64,000 bases of DNA from a bacterium (GTDB lineage Bacteria; RBG-13-61-14; DATKZS01), in NCBI GenBank assembly GCA_963674965.2, contig CAXXFL010000001.1, positions 832,001-896,000 on the forward strand. Reading direction: 5' to 3'. Below, in pieces: positions 48,384 to 58,124 of this stretch (its first letter is position 1; every line of letters starts with the position of its first letter). The position numbers and the translations under genes are program-made. A model generated the notes under the pieces. That model worked only from the letters and a program-made list of their open reading frames with translations. It was not told the DNA's origin and did no database searches.

Positions 48384-49253
48384 ATGGAAATTAAAATACG
48401 CTTCGGCAAAAGCGAGAGAGAGGTCGAGCTTGGCTCGCGTTTCGCGCGCTACTCGAAATGGATACTGTTCATCCTGATTATCTGGGCGGGCACCACGGCG
48501 GCCAGTCTTTATTACGTGGCCAGCCTGGACCCGCTCAGCCTGGTGGACCTCGAGGTCAAGATGGCCCGCGAGCTGAACGTCAAGGTCGACTCGAAGATAC
48601 CCGTAACCGCGCTGATTGACCAGACCCTCGAGCTTCCGATCAAGAAGACCGTGCCGGCACAAGTATCGGTGGACCAGGTGTTTCACGTTCCGGTTGACGA
48701 GAGCGTCAACGTTCCCATCGACGTGACGGTCGTCGTGCCGGTGGACCAGGACGTGAAGGTCAAGGCCGAGGTGCCGCTTCGGATCGTCATTCCCATCGAT
48801 CACAAGCTGAGAGTCAAGATTCCGGTTGTGGGGATGACGGACGTGCCGGTTAAGGGCACTATTCCCGTCAACCTGGTGGTTCCTCTGGACCAGACGGTAC
48901 ACGTGAAGGACGAAATCCCGGTCCGCATCAGGGAGGACCTGCCCGTTCGGCTCAAAAAGACCATCGCCGTTCCCATCAAGACCTCGGTCAGCGGCGAGGT
49001 GGCGCTGGACACGACCTTCGAGGTGCCGCTCAAGACCCAGGTCAGCGCCGACGTAATTATCAGGGACACGGTAAGGGGAGAGATCGACCAGTCGATCATC
49101 CTGGACAAGGACCAGATCAGGATACTTCCCGACAAGGACAAGACCGACGAGATGAAGAAAAAATTCCTTGACAAGCTGCCCGAGGGCGTAAGAGACTCGA
49201 TAGACGAGAACATTTCCACCGAGGCGGTAAAAGCGGGAGAGACGGCCGAGTAA
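48384..49253 (+). CDS. Hypothetical membrane-anchored protein with Val/Pro/Ile-rich periodic beta repeats
   Basis: One TM helix followed by repeated VP(I/V/L)Dxx(V/L) units. Confidence 0.75.
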   Translation: MEIKIRFGKSEREVELGSRFARYSKWILFILIIWAGTTAASLYYVASLDPLSLVDLEVKMARELNVKVDSKIPVTALIDQTLELPIKKTVPAQVSVDQVFHVPVDESVNVPIDVTVVVPVDQDVKVKAEVPLRIVIPIDHKLRVKIPVVGMTDVPVKGTIPVNLVVPLDQTVHVKDEIPVRIREDLPVRLKKTIAVPIKTSVSGEVALDTTFEVPLKTQVSADVIIRDTVRGEIDQSIILDKDQIRILPDKDKTDEMKKKFLDKLPEGVRDSIDENISTEAVKAGETAE

Positions 49254-49310
49254 TCTTCTCTCGCCCGCCGGAGAGCGGCCCCGACGGCCGCGGGAAAGGA
49301 GGTCCATCAC

Positions 49311-50204
49311 GTGGAGGAACTTACCAGAATAATCAAAACCTATTCCGACCAGATAATTAATTGGTCCCTTGCCCACGGGGCCAGGGTCGCGCTGATCCTT
49401 GTCATCTTTCTGGGGCTCTTTTTTCTTCTCCGCTTCGCCCTTCGCCGGTTCATCCGCTTTTACCTTAAAAAGGAAGACGACGTGGAAAAGGAGAAACGGG
49501 TCCAGACCCTCACCAACGTCATTTCCTTTACGGGGGGGTTCCTGCTCATCTGCACCGGCGCGATGATGGTGGTGGCCGAGCTTGGCATCGACGTCAAGCC
49601 CTTATTGGCCTCCCTCGGGATCGGGGGCCTGGCCATCGGCTTTGGCGGCCAGAGCCTGGTCAAGGACGTCATCTCGGGTTTCTTCATGCTCCTCGAGGAC
49701 CAGGTCCGTGTAAACGACGTGGTGGAGGCCGCCGGCAAGTCGGGCCAGGTCGAGTCGGTCGGTCTTCGCACCCTGGTGCTGAGGGACTTGGCCGGCAACC
49801 GGATCATCATTCCCAACGGCGAGATAAAGGGCATTACCAACATGACCTACGAGTACTCCCGTTACGTGTTCAAAATCGGCGTGGCATACAAGGAGGACGT
49901 GGGCAAGGTCGTCGATCTAATGAAGCGAGTGGGAGAAGAGTTGGCCCGGGACAAGGACTTCGGTTCCCTGATCAAGGAGCCCCTCGAGATATTCGGCCTT
50001 GACGAGTTCTCCGACTCCTCGATGGTGATCCTGGCCCGGATCACCACTCTTCCCATCCAGCAATGGGCCGTGGGCCGGGAATACAAAAAGCGCCTGAAGC
50101 AAACCTTCGACGCCGAGGGAATCGAGATACCCTATCCTCACCGCAAGATATTCATGGAGATGGAGTCCTGGGAAAGGTCGCGAAAGGTCTCGTCGGACTC
50201 GTAA
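49311..50204 (+). CDS. Small-conductance mechanosensitive channel (MscS family)
   Basis: GLAIGFGGQSLVKDVISGFF, G.VE.VGLR, IPNG, GIEIPYP. Confidence 0.93.
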   Translation: MEELTRIIKTYSDQIINWSLAHGARVALILVIFLGLFFLLRFALRRFIRFYLKKEDDVEKEKRVQTLTNVISFTGGFLLICTGAMMVVAELGIDVKPLLASLGIGGLAIGFGGQSLVKDVISGFFMLLEDQVRVNDVVEAAGKSGQVESVGLRTLVLRDLAGNRIIIPNGEIKGITNMTYEYSRYVFKIGVAYKEDVGKVVDLMKRVGEELARDKDFGSLIKEPLEIFGLDEFSDSSMVILARITTLPIQQWAVGREYKKRLKQTFDAEGIEIPYPHRKIFMEMESWERSRKVSSDS

Positions 50205-50487
50205 AGCGAGAAGCGATTTACTTCACCCCGGTGATAAAATAGTTGAAGCCTTTGGACCCCACTTGTTTTTAATCAGTACAGTCCCGCCTTCAATCCGATC
50301 AAGAAGAAATAGAGCAAGGTGAAGTATCATTTTCGGCCCACCAAAGCGCGGACGTATCCTTGATCGATAATAGAGATCATTGAAGCATAGTCTACTGATA
50401 CGGCGAGCGATGGCAAGGGGTATTTTATTTTATACGGAGTCACGACACCTAAACCTCTTGACAAAAAAGACATATAATGCAATGATA

Positions 50488-50569
50488 AATGATCAAGTGT
50501 TCATTATACATGATAATAAGCTGAATGATAAGGATATTTAATATATTCTATAGTGAACGATAGATCATT
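50488..50569. promoter_or_regulatory. Two putative TetR operator palindromes upstream of tetR
   Basis: AATGATCAAGTGTTCATT (50488-50505) and AGTGAACGATAGATCATT (50552-50569), both TGA-N8-TCA; TTGACA at 50458-50463. Confidence 0.55.
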
Positions 50570-50608
50570 TACAGCAAGCGTTTGTAATGCAAATCCAGGA
50601 GGTCGGAG

Positions 50609-51235
50609 ATGTCGCCCAAGATCGTAAATAAAGAAAATAAAAGAGATGAAATAGCAAAGATTGCTCTGGAACTTTTCGCGGAAAAAGGTATCGAGAATAC
50701 CTCCATCAGAGAAATAACCACGTCGGCCGGCCTGGGATTGGGCACTTTTTACCTATACTTCGATACCAAGGAAGCAATAATCCTGGCCACTGCTCGCCTC
50801 TTTGTCAGAAATCTGAAAGAAATATTACAGCAGATACTTAAATCCTATAACGATCCTGAATTAAGGCTTCGCGAGGGCGTTAAAGTATTAATGAAGGCGC
50901 ATTTGGCAGACGATAAATACGCGAAGATCACTATTTCGATGTTTCAATTAGTGTTATCCAATAGGGATTTTTCCAAGGAGAATAACCTCATCAAGGAACT
51001 ATATCGAGGTTTTCGCAAGGCGATTATTGATACTATTTTGGATGGCGTTTCACGTGGTGTATTCCGACCAGAAGCTGCAAAGAAGTCTGAAATGATCGCT
51101 GTTAACTTAGCGGCTTTTTTTGACGGTCTTTGGCTTCATTATTTTATGGACAGGAAATACTTCGATATTGATAGTCAAATTGACCTGTATCTTGATGAAC
51201 TCATGGAGAACCTAAAGATGCCTCATTCACGCTAA
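50609..51235 (+). CDS. TetR/AcrR family transcriptional regulator
   Basis: ALELFAEKG...TSIREI...AG...GTFYLYF.TKE HTH. Confidence 0.93.
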   Translation: MSPKIVNKENKRDEIAKIALELFAEKGIENTSIREITTSAGLGLGTFYLYFDTKEAIILATARLFVRNLKEILQQILKSYNDPELRLREGVKVLMKAHLADDKYAKITISMFQLVLSNRDFSKENNLIKELYRGFRKAIIDTILDGVSRGVFRPEAAKKSEMIAVNLAAFFDGLWLHYFMDRKYFDIDSQIDLYLDELMENLKMPHSR

Positions 51236-51284
51236 AAAATCGAATGATATTGGAGGGCAAGTCATTATTATATCCTTAGCGAAA

Positions 51285-51302
51285 AATGAACCAACCGTCA
51301 TT
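51285..51302. promoter_or_regulatory. Putative third TetR operator before the amidohydrolase gene
   Basis: AATGAACCAACCGTCATT (TGA-N8-TCA). Confidence 0.5.
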
Positions 51303-51329
51303 AGGACACTTGCAAAGGGGGGAGGGCTG

Positions 51330-52841
51330 ATGGAAAGACGCGGTTTTATGAGAAACACGATGGGAATGAGTTTACTGGCGATATTGGGACCATCTTTTAC
51401 AGCACGAGCCAAGAGAGCGGAGCCAAGACGTCCCATGGGCAGGCCGCTTGGGTCCAATCAGACCTTGCTGGTACATAACGCCAAGCTGGTCGATGTGGAA
51501 ACCGGTAGGCTCTTCGGCGAATCGGCTTTATTAATACGGGGCGAAAGGATTGAGAAGAGATTGTCGAAGGTTGCCGGAGCGGATTTCCAAATGGATGCGG
51601 AGGGCAAATACGTAGTACCAGGTCTTATCAACAATCATTGTCATATGTCGCATCCGGGTGTCGCCGACTTAGGTCTTTCCTCATTAACCATCATAATGAA
51701 CGCCTCCGAGCAGATAGATCGCAATTGCGTAGATTGCATTATGCACGGAGTGACTACCGTGCGCGATCAATTGGGCAGGCAGTCCTCTATTATAAAAAGA
51801 AAAAATCTTATTGCCAGCGGCGAGTTGATGGGGCCCAGAATTCTCCGGGGCATATGTATTGACGTGCCCCATGGCTATCTGGATACCATTGCATTATTAA
51901 GGGCCAGGGATGGAATTTTCACGGCGAGCAACATCTCTGAATGTCGGGACGCCGTAGACCGCGCCGTTGACCACGGCGCGGATCACATTAAAGTAGCGAT
52001 GCAATGTAAATGGTACCTGGAGGGCGAAAAATCAATCCCGATGATGTCGGATGAAATGTTCGCCGCCATAGTGGATAAAGCCGCGGGTTTCGGTAAAACC
52101 GTCTCAGTTCATCACACTAGTCTCGATGGTTTCCATAAAGCGCGCCGGGCGGAAATCCAATGCTTCGAGCATATGGCCAGTGACAATTTGCTCAATGATG
52201 AGGATATAGAAAAATTCATACAAGAAGACCGAGCCATCGTGCCGACTTCGAGTGTCGCTTGGGCTTTGATATTTCCCGTTGCCGATGATGAAAATTTCAG
52301 TCACCCTCTTGTTCAAGAGATGTGGCAGGATAAGGACTCATGCATCAATGATATTATCGATGAGTACGCGGTTCCGCCTCTTGCTAAAGTGGGTAAGAGA
52401 ATCTATCGGGATTATTCAAGTCCAGGGTATTTTGACAAAAATCATTATAAGACAACTCCAAGCGCGGAATTTTTCAATGCGGCCGGAGCTATTGGGGGCG
52501 CCAACCTGGAAAAGATGTACAAGGCAGGGTGCAAGATCGGATGTGGGAACGATGGCGGTATTCCTTTTATATGGCCTGGCTCCATGTCCGTTGAGATGAT
52601 ACTTTTACAGAAAGTCGGCATGAAAGCATCCGATATCCTGCGAAGCGCGACCGCCATCAACTCTAAGATCATCGGAATGGAACACTCACTCGGAACACTA
52701 GACCCCGGAAAATTTGCAGACATGGTATTTCTTGAATCCAACCCTCTTGAACGCATCGAAAATATTACTCAAATCGCGGGCGTTCTTCAATCAGGCAGAC
52801 TGGTTTACGGTAATGGCAACCATCTTAAAATTACTAGATGA
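51330..52841 (+). CDS. Tat-exported metal-dependent amidohydrolase, copy 1
   Basis: MERRGFMR twin-Arg signal; PGLINNHCH, GVTTVRD, DHIK, FEHM, GNDGG, GKFAD. Confidence 0.88.
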   Translation: MERRGFMRNTMGMSLLAILGPSFTARAKRAEPRRPMGRPLGSNQTLLVHNAKLVDVETGRLFGESALLIRGERIEKRLSKVAGADFQMDAEGKYVVPGLINNHCHMSHPGVADLGLSSLTIIMNASEQIDRNCVDCIMHGVTTVRDQLGRQSSIIKRKNLIASGELMGPRILRGICIDVPHGYLDTIALLRARDGIFTASNISECRDAVDRAVDHGADHIKVAMQCKWYLEGEKSIPMMSDEMFAAIVDKAAGFGKTVSVHHTSLDGFHKARRAEIQCFEHMASDNLLNDEDIEKFIQEDRAIVPTSSVAWALIFPVADDENFSHPLVQEMWQDKDSCINDIIDEYAVPPLAKVGKRIYRDYSSPGYFDKNHYKTTPSAEFFNAAGAIGGANLEKMYKAGCKIGCGNDGGIPFIWPGSMSVEMILLQKVGMKASDILRSATAINSKIIGMEHSLGTLDPGKFADMVFLESNPLERIENITQIAGVLQSGRLVYGNGNHLKITR

Positions 52842-52924
52842 AAAGGTTAATGACGTCGATTTGGGGAGGCCTACGGCGAATTACCCATTCATTAGAGGGA
52901 AACTGCAAGGAAGGAATATTTGAC

Positions 52925-54208
52925 ATGATAAAAACTCGCCTGATTTATTTATCAGTGGTGGTTTCTTTGATGCCATTTGTTAGCTATCAAGTTTTCGCCT
53001 CTTCATCAAGCCCTTTTGCAGAAAGAGCGGAGGCCATTGTAATTGAGGGAAAATGCCTCCCAATCAACATGATAAATCATCCAATCCCTGACTTCAGGCT
53101 GTTTGTATACAATGGATCAACAATAGAAGCGATCCCGTTTCAGATTGATGAGAGGGATGTGGATGGTAAATATCTGGTCGAGGAGGGGCCGCAAGGTTGC
53201 AAGGGAGATGGTGCTTTCAATTTACAGGATGAACTTGTCTTTATGGCTCGCGACGTGGGAACTAATCTCGGCCCTAAAACACCCTCGGTTTGTGAACAGG
53301 CTGTCATCATTTCCCTGGTCGACATAAACAGACATATCACCGGTTACGTGCTTCTGGCCCTCTGTGAAAATCCTCCCCCGTTGTCTTCCAAGGATTACGT
53401 GCAGATAGATATCAATAATCGTACTATCAGGGCTCTTAGCTACGGCTTCGGCTGGCGGGAGGCCCCGGTTTATTATTACGACTATCTCACCATCGGCGGC
53501 GGGAATGACCTTCTCGACCGCATCAAGGTCAGGTGCTCGATCGGCAAATGGGGCATGACCTACACCTTCTCGGAGGAGGACTTCCACACGAGTTTCGTGG
53601 GCTATACGGACGGTCCGGTTCGGGTCGTCTGGCGATCGGAAAACTATTGGAGCCTCGGGGCCTTCGGCAGGATACCCTCCCCTCAGTCCATATGTTTTTA
53701 TCCCGATTACATCGTGGACCGGAACGACCTGGACATGACCATCAATCCCGCCGTCCTTGGGCTGGACTTCAACCTTAAAATAGGGCACGACATGGCCCTT
53801 GCAAACCCTGGCGACGCCAAGCTCTGCGCCAATATCCTGCCCGATTGTCTCCCCATCTCGGAGGACGTCGCCAGGCTCTTTGGCTCCATGGGCAAGGGAG
53901 AAATTCAGTGGGGAGGAATAGCCTTGCCCGGCGGGGCGATGATAACGCGCCTTGTCAAGGACCCGCGCCTTATGGCTCCGGTCAAGTACGTTTTCGAGTA
54001 CGATCCTTCCCACGAGGACCCGGAGGAATATATCAAAGGCTCATCGCCCATGTTGGGCTTCGAGTTCGCGGAATGGAAGGACGTAAAGCCCGAGGTCTAT
54101 GACCTGACCTTGTATCATTTTATCTGGGATGAATACTCCGCCGATGAACTGGCCCGGTTCAATAAAATTATCGACGAGCCCTTGAAGATCGGAATAAAGG
54201 AAGAATAA
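52925..54208 (+). CDS. Hypothetical secreted protein
   Basis: Signal peptide; IPFQIDE, DELVFMA.D.G, DGPVRV segments; stop 3 bp before the next start. Confidence 0.75.
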   Translation: MIKTRLIYLSVVVSLMPFVSYQVFASSSSPFAERAEAIVIEGKCLPINMINHPIPDFRLFVYNGSTIEAIPFQIDERDVDGKYLVEEGPQGCKGDGAFNLQDELVFMARDVGTNLGPKTPSVCEQAVIISLVDINRHITGYVLLALCENPPPLSSKDYVQIDINNRTIRALSYGFGWREAPVYYYDYLTIGGGNDLLDRIKVRCSIGKWGMTYTFSEEDFHTSFVGYTDGPVRVVWRSENYWSLGAFGRIPSPQSICFYPDYIVDRNDLDMTINPAVLGLDFNLKIGHDMALANPGDAKLCANILPDCLPISEDVARLFGSMGKGEIQWGGIALPGGAMITRLVKDPRLMAPVKYVFEYDPSHEDPEEYIKGSSPMLGFEFAEWKDVKPEVYDLTLYHFIWDEYSADELARFNKIIDEPLKIGIKEE

Positions 54209-54211
54209 ACC

Positions 54212-55420
54212 ATGAAAGTTTTGGCGCTTGGCGGTTGTGGAGGCATGGGTACCTACGCGGTCCGCGCCCTTCTTGGCATGAAGGCTTGCGATGAAATCAT
54301 CGTCGCCGACCTGGACGAAAAACGGGCCGCGTCCTTCGCCGAAAAAGCCGGAGAAGGCGTTAGCCCTCTCGCCCTGGACGTTTCGGACCAGGAGGCCCTG
54401 GACCGCGCCGTTTCCGAGGCCGACCTGGTCATGAACACGGTCGGTCCTTTTTTCAAGTTCGGCAAGATAGTGCTGTCGTCCTGCATACGAATAAAACGCC
54501 ATTACGTTGACATCTGCGACGACTGGCAACCCACGCTCGAGCTGCTTGAACTCAACGATCAGGCCCGAGAGGCGGGAATTACCGCCATAATAGGCATGGG
54601 CGCGAGTCCTGGAGTATCTAACGTTTTGGGGAAAAAGGCCATCGCCGAGTTGGACTCGGCCGAGAGCATATTCACCGGCTGGAGCATTGACGCGGCCAAA
54701 CCCGAGCGGGTTGGCGACAAGGCCTCCGCGGCGACGGTCCATGGCATATACCAGCTTAGCGGAACCATTCGGGTGTTCGACGGCGGAAAGTATATAGACG
54801 CCCTTCCCATCAAACCCGTTGACCTCGATTACCCCGGGATTGGGGTGAGGCGGACCTATACCATCGGCCATCCCGAGTCGGTTACCTTCCCGCGCTATTT
54901 TCCCGAGCTTCAAAAGAGCCAGAACGTTTTCCTGTCCTCGCTCTTTAACGTCGTTGGACTGAACGTCATTTCATGGCTGGTTAACCGCAAGCTGCTCACC
55001 ATCGATAATGCCGCTCACCTGGCGGAAATGATCGAGGGCGCGGCCAGGCCCGAGGAAACGCCGGCCAAGATGCTGGCCGACCTGGCGAATAAAAAGAAGG
55101 CGCCCTTGCCGCCCATGTTCGGTTTGGCTCTGGGGACCAAGGACGGCGCGCCGGCAAGCGCGGCCTGCGCCATCCTCTCCGCGCCGGCGGGAGGAATGGG
55201 AGGCATCACTGGAGTGCCTCTCGCGGTCTCGGCGGCCATGGTCCTTGGCGGCAAGGTAAAAGAGCGCGGCGTGTTCGCGCCGGAGGGCGCTCTCGATCCC
55301 GACCAGTTCCTGGACACCTTGGCCCCGCTATGTTCACCCAGGAAAAACGACGCGGCCGACCTGGTATTAACCACCCGCTCCTGGGACACGGAAGACTTGG
55401 ACTTTTCGAAGCACCTGTGA
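54212..55420 (+). CDS. Saccharopine dehydrogenase-like NAD(P)-dependent oxidoreductase
   Basis: LGGCGGMG Rossmann motif, NTVGPF, YVDICDD, GMGASPG, GHPE, GVFAPE. Confidence 0.85.
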   Translation: MKVLALGGCGGMGTYAVRALLGMKACDEIIVADLDEKRAASFAEKAGEGVSPLALDVSDQEALDRAVSEADLVMNTVGPFFKFGKIVLSSCIRIKRHYVDICDDWQPTLELLELNDQAREAGITAIIGMGASPGVSNVLGKKAIAELDSAESIFTGWSIDAAKPERVGDKASAATVHGIYQLSGTIRVFDGGKYIDALPIKPVDLDYPGIGVRRTYTIGHPESVTFPRYFPELQKSQNVFLSSLFNVVGLNVISWLVNRKLLTIDNAAHLAEMIEGAARPEETPAKMLADLANKKKAPLPPMFGLALGTKDGAPASAACAILSAPAGGMGGITGVPLAVSAAMVLGGKVKERGVFAPEGALDPDQFLDTLAPLCSPRKNDAADLVLTTRSWDTEDLDFSKHL

Positions 55421-55445
55421 CGACCTTTTATGGAGGGACCCCGCC

Positions 55446-56957
55446 ATGGACAGGAGAGATTTTTTAAAAGGAACGGCCGCGGCCGGCATGGCGGCGTCAA
55501 TGGGGCCCGTCTGGCTGAGCCGAGCCCTGGCCGCCGAGCCCCGTCCGCCCATGGGCAAGGACCTTGGCGCCAACGAGACGTTGCTTCTTTGCAACGCCAA
55601 CCTGGTGGACGTGATAGCGGGAAAACTTTATGACGAGACGGCCCTGTTAATTCGAGGCGGCAAGATCGTAAAATTATTGGCGGCCTCCTCAGCTAACTCA
55701 ACTCAAGCCGACAGGAGCATCGACGCGGGTGGACGATACGTAATACCCGGCATTATCAACGCCCATTGCCACGTTACCATGCCCGGGGTGGCGGACGCTC
55801 GCCCGGCGCTTTTCAGTAACGCCAGTCCGCAGATCGACCGCAACCTGGTTGACTGCGTCACCCACGGCGTCACCACGGTTCGGGACCAACTGGGCCGGCA
55901 GGACTCGATCGTCAAGAGACAAGAGTCCATCGCGCGTGGCGAGCTTATGGGCCCGCGGGTCCTGCGCGGAGTTGGGATCGACGTGCCCCGGGGGTATTTC
56001 GCCGCCTACACGATATTTCTCAAAGGTGGGTCCATCGTGGTCACGAACGAGGCCGAGGCCAGGGACGCGGTGGCCAAGGCCGTTGACATGGGAGCGGACC
56101 ATATCAAGATATCCCTCCAATACACTTCCCTGATGGAGAAGGAAAAACCACTGAACCTCTTGACCGACGACATGATGGAGGCCATCGTGGCCAAGGCCGA
56201 GAGCATGGGAAAGCATTGCGCCATCCATCACACCAGTCTCGATGGCTTCAGGCGAGCCATGAGGGCCGGCGTGCAATGTTTCGAGCACATGTCCAGCGAC
56301 CTTCCCCTCACAGATAAAGATATCGAGAATTTTATCGACCATAAAAGGATCATCGTGCCCACCGGAAGCGTGGCCTGGGCCTTGGCCTTCCCTCGAGGCG
56401 GCGACCAAAACTTCGAGCACCCGAACGTTCAGCTCATGTACGAGGACAAGGAGGCGAGGATAAACGAGGTGCTCGATGAGTACGCCCTGCCCCCGCTGTC
56501 CAAGCTGGGCAAGAAGGTCTATCGAAAATACAGCGGTCCCGGCTTCTTCGATAAAAACCACCTCATGCTTACGCCCTCGGCTCGGATGTTCAACTCGGCG
56601 GGGGCCATCGGCGGCGACAACATGGTTACCCTTTTCAAGGCCGGGGCTAGAGTCGGTTGCGGAAACGACGGGGGCATTCCCTTTGTCTGGCCCGGCTCCA
56701 TGCCCCTCGAGATGCTTATCAACCAAAAAGCGGGCATCGCCCCCAAGGTCGTCCTTAAAGCCGCCACCGCCGTTAACGCGGAGATCATCGGCATGGAAGA
56801 TGAACTGGGAACCATCGAGGCGGGCAAGCTCGCGGACCTGGCCGTTTACGACAACAATCCGCTCGATGACATGGAGAACCTTATGGAGACGGCGGCCACC
56901 CTGCGGTCTGGCAGGCTGGTCTATTCCATGGGAGGCATTAAGGAGTCGTATCTTTAA
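55446..56957 (+). CDS. Tat-exported metal-dependent amidohydrolase, copy 2 (paralog of 51330-52841)
   Basis: MDRRDFLK twin-Arg signal; shares blocks with copy 1 (HGVTTVRDQLGRQ, GCGNDGGIPF.WPGSM). Confidence 0.9.
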   Translation: MDRRDFLKGTAAAGMAASMGPVWLSRALAAEPRPPMGKDLGANETLLLCNANLVDVIAGKLYDETALLIRGGKIVKLLAASSANSTQADRSIDAGGRYVIPGIINAHCHVTMPGVADARPALFSNASPQIDRNLVDCVTHGVTTVRDQLGRQDSIVKRQESIARGELMGPRVLRGVGIDVPRGYFAAYTIFLKGGSIVVTNEAEARDAVAKAVDMGADHIKISLQYTSLMEKEKPLNLLTDDMMEAIVAKAESMGKHCAIHHTSLDGFRRAMRAGVQCFEHMSSDLPLTDKDIENFIDHKRIIVPTGSVAWALAFPRGGDQNFEHPNVQLMYEDKEARINEVLDEYALPPLSKLGKKVYRKYSGPGFFDKNHLMLTPSARMFNSAGAIGGDNMVTLFKAGARVGCGNDGGIPFVWPGSMPLEMLINQKAGIAPKVVLKAATAVNAEIIGMEDELGTIEAGKLADLAVYDNNPLDDMENLMETAATLRSGRLVYSMGGIKESYL

Positions 56958-57203
56958 TCGAGAAAGTCCATCTTTTCCTCGTTCAAGTGAAACAACGTTG
57001 TTTGAATCCGGCCTCAGACCCATGATATCTTACTTACAATGCAGTTCCCGGCCATCGGGTTTTTATCGCGTCAAGAATTCCCTTCTCCTTTAAAAGCATT
57101 TTTATTATGGGCCTTGTCGCGACCCTGGAAGGAGGCCCTTGCTCACGGGCATAGGGGCTTCGTCCTTTAACCTTCATTGAAGTAGTATATCGGGAGGTTT
57201 TTC

Positions 57204-58079
57204 ATGAGAGTTATCGATTTTTACAAAAAAGACGGTCCGGTTGTTTCCCTGGAGTTTTTTCCTCCTCGCGATGAGGAGGCCATGGCCAAGTTCAATGGAA
57301 TAATCGACAATCTTTCCGGGACGGGCGCCGATTACGTCACGGTCACTTTCGGGGCCGGCGGCTCCACCAGGGACGGGTCTCTACAGGCCGCGACCCATTT
57401 GACGGGCGACCGAAAACTCCCGACCGTTAGCTACATCGCCGGGTTTGGCCTGGGACCCGATGACGTAACCAAGGTATTGGACGGCTTCAAGGGCCTTGGA
57501 ATCCAGACCGTGTTCGTTATCCGGGGCGATAAGCCCAAGGATGGAGACGTCACCGCTCATCCGGACGGGTTTGCCCACGCTTCGGATTTAATAGGCTTTA
57601 TCAAGGCTAATTACGATTTCACCGTCGGCTGCGCCGGGTATCCGGAGGGACACGTGGAGGCCGAGAGCCTTGAAAAGGACCTCGAGTATTTGAAATTGAA
57701 AGTCGACAATGGCGCGGAATACGTGGTCACCCAGTATTTTTACGACAACGATTATTATTTCGATTTCGTCGATAAATGCAGGACCAAGGGAATTAAGGTC
57801 CCCATCATTCCCGGAATTATGCCGGTTTATACCAAAAAACTTACGGGTATCCTCTCCAAGGTTTGCGGATCGACTATTCCCGAGGCCCTTCAATCCCGGC
57901 TCGACGCGGTGGAAGACGGGGACAAGGAAGGCGTTCTAAACGTGGGAATCGATTACGCTACCCAGCAGTGCCGTGGCCTTCTTAAGAAAGGCGTTCCTGG
58001 TCTTCATTTCTATACCATGAACAGATCCAAATCCACCTCCGAGATTATCGGGAGATTGAAGGAAGAAAAGCTGCTGTAA
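57204..58079 (+). CDS. metF: 5,10-methylenetetrahydrofolate reductase
   Basis: SLEFFPP, VTFGAGGS, RGD, AGYPEGH, TQYFYD, PGIMP, HFYTMN. Confidence 0.95.
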   Translation: MRVIDFYKKDGPVVSLEFFPPRDEEAMAKFNGIIDNLSGTGADYVTVTFGAGGSTRDGSLQAATHLTGDRKLPTVSYIAGFGLGPDDVTKVLDGFKGLGIQTVFVIRGDKPKDGDVTAHPDGFAHASDLIGFIKANYDFTVGCAGYPEGHVEAESLEKDLEYLKLKVDNGAEYVVTQYFYDNDYYFDFVDKCRTKGIKVPIIPGIMPVYTKKLTGILSKVCGSTIPEALQSRLDAVEDGDKEGVLNVGIDYATQQCRGLLKKGVPGLHFYTMNRSKSTSEIIGRLKEEKLL

Positions 58080-58124
58080 AATCCTTATCGCGGCGGAGGC
58101 GCCACTCGTGAAAGACAAGGCGTC

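Noticed and set aside
50215-50390. Possible gene remnant on the minus strand ending ...KGFNYFITGVK*
   Set aside because: Too short and interrupted by stops to assign
56960-57203. SAM or SAH riboswitch upstream of metF
   Set aside because: Only a small GGGCCT/AGGCCC hairpin; no recognisable SAM-I/II or SAH consensus (an Rfam scan would settle it)
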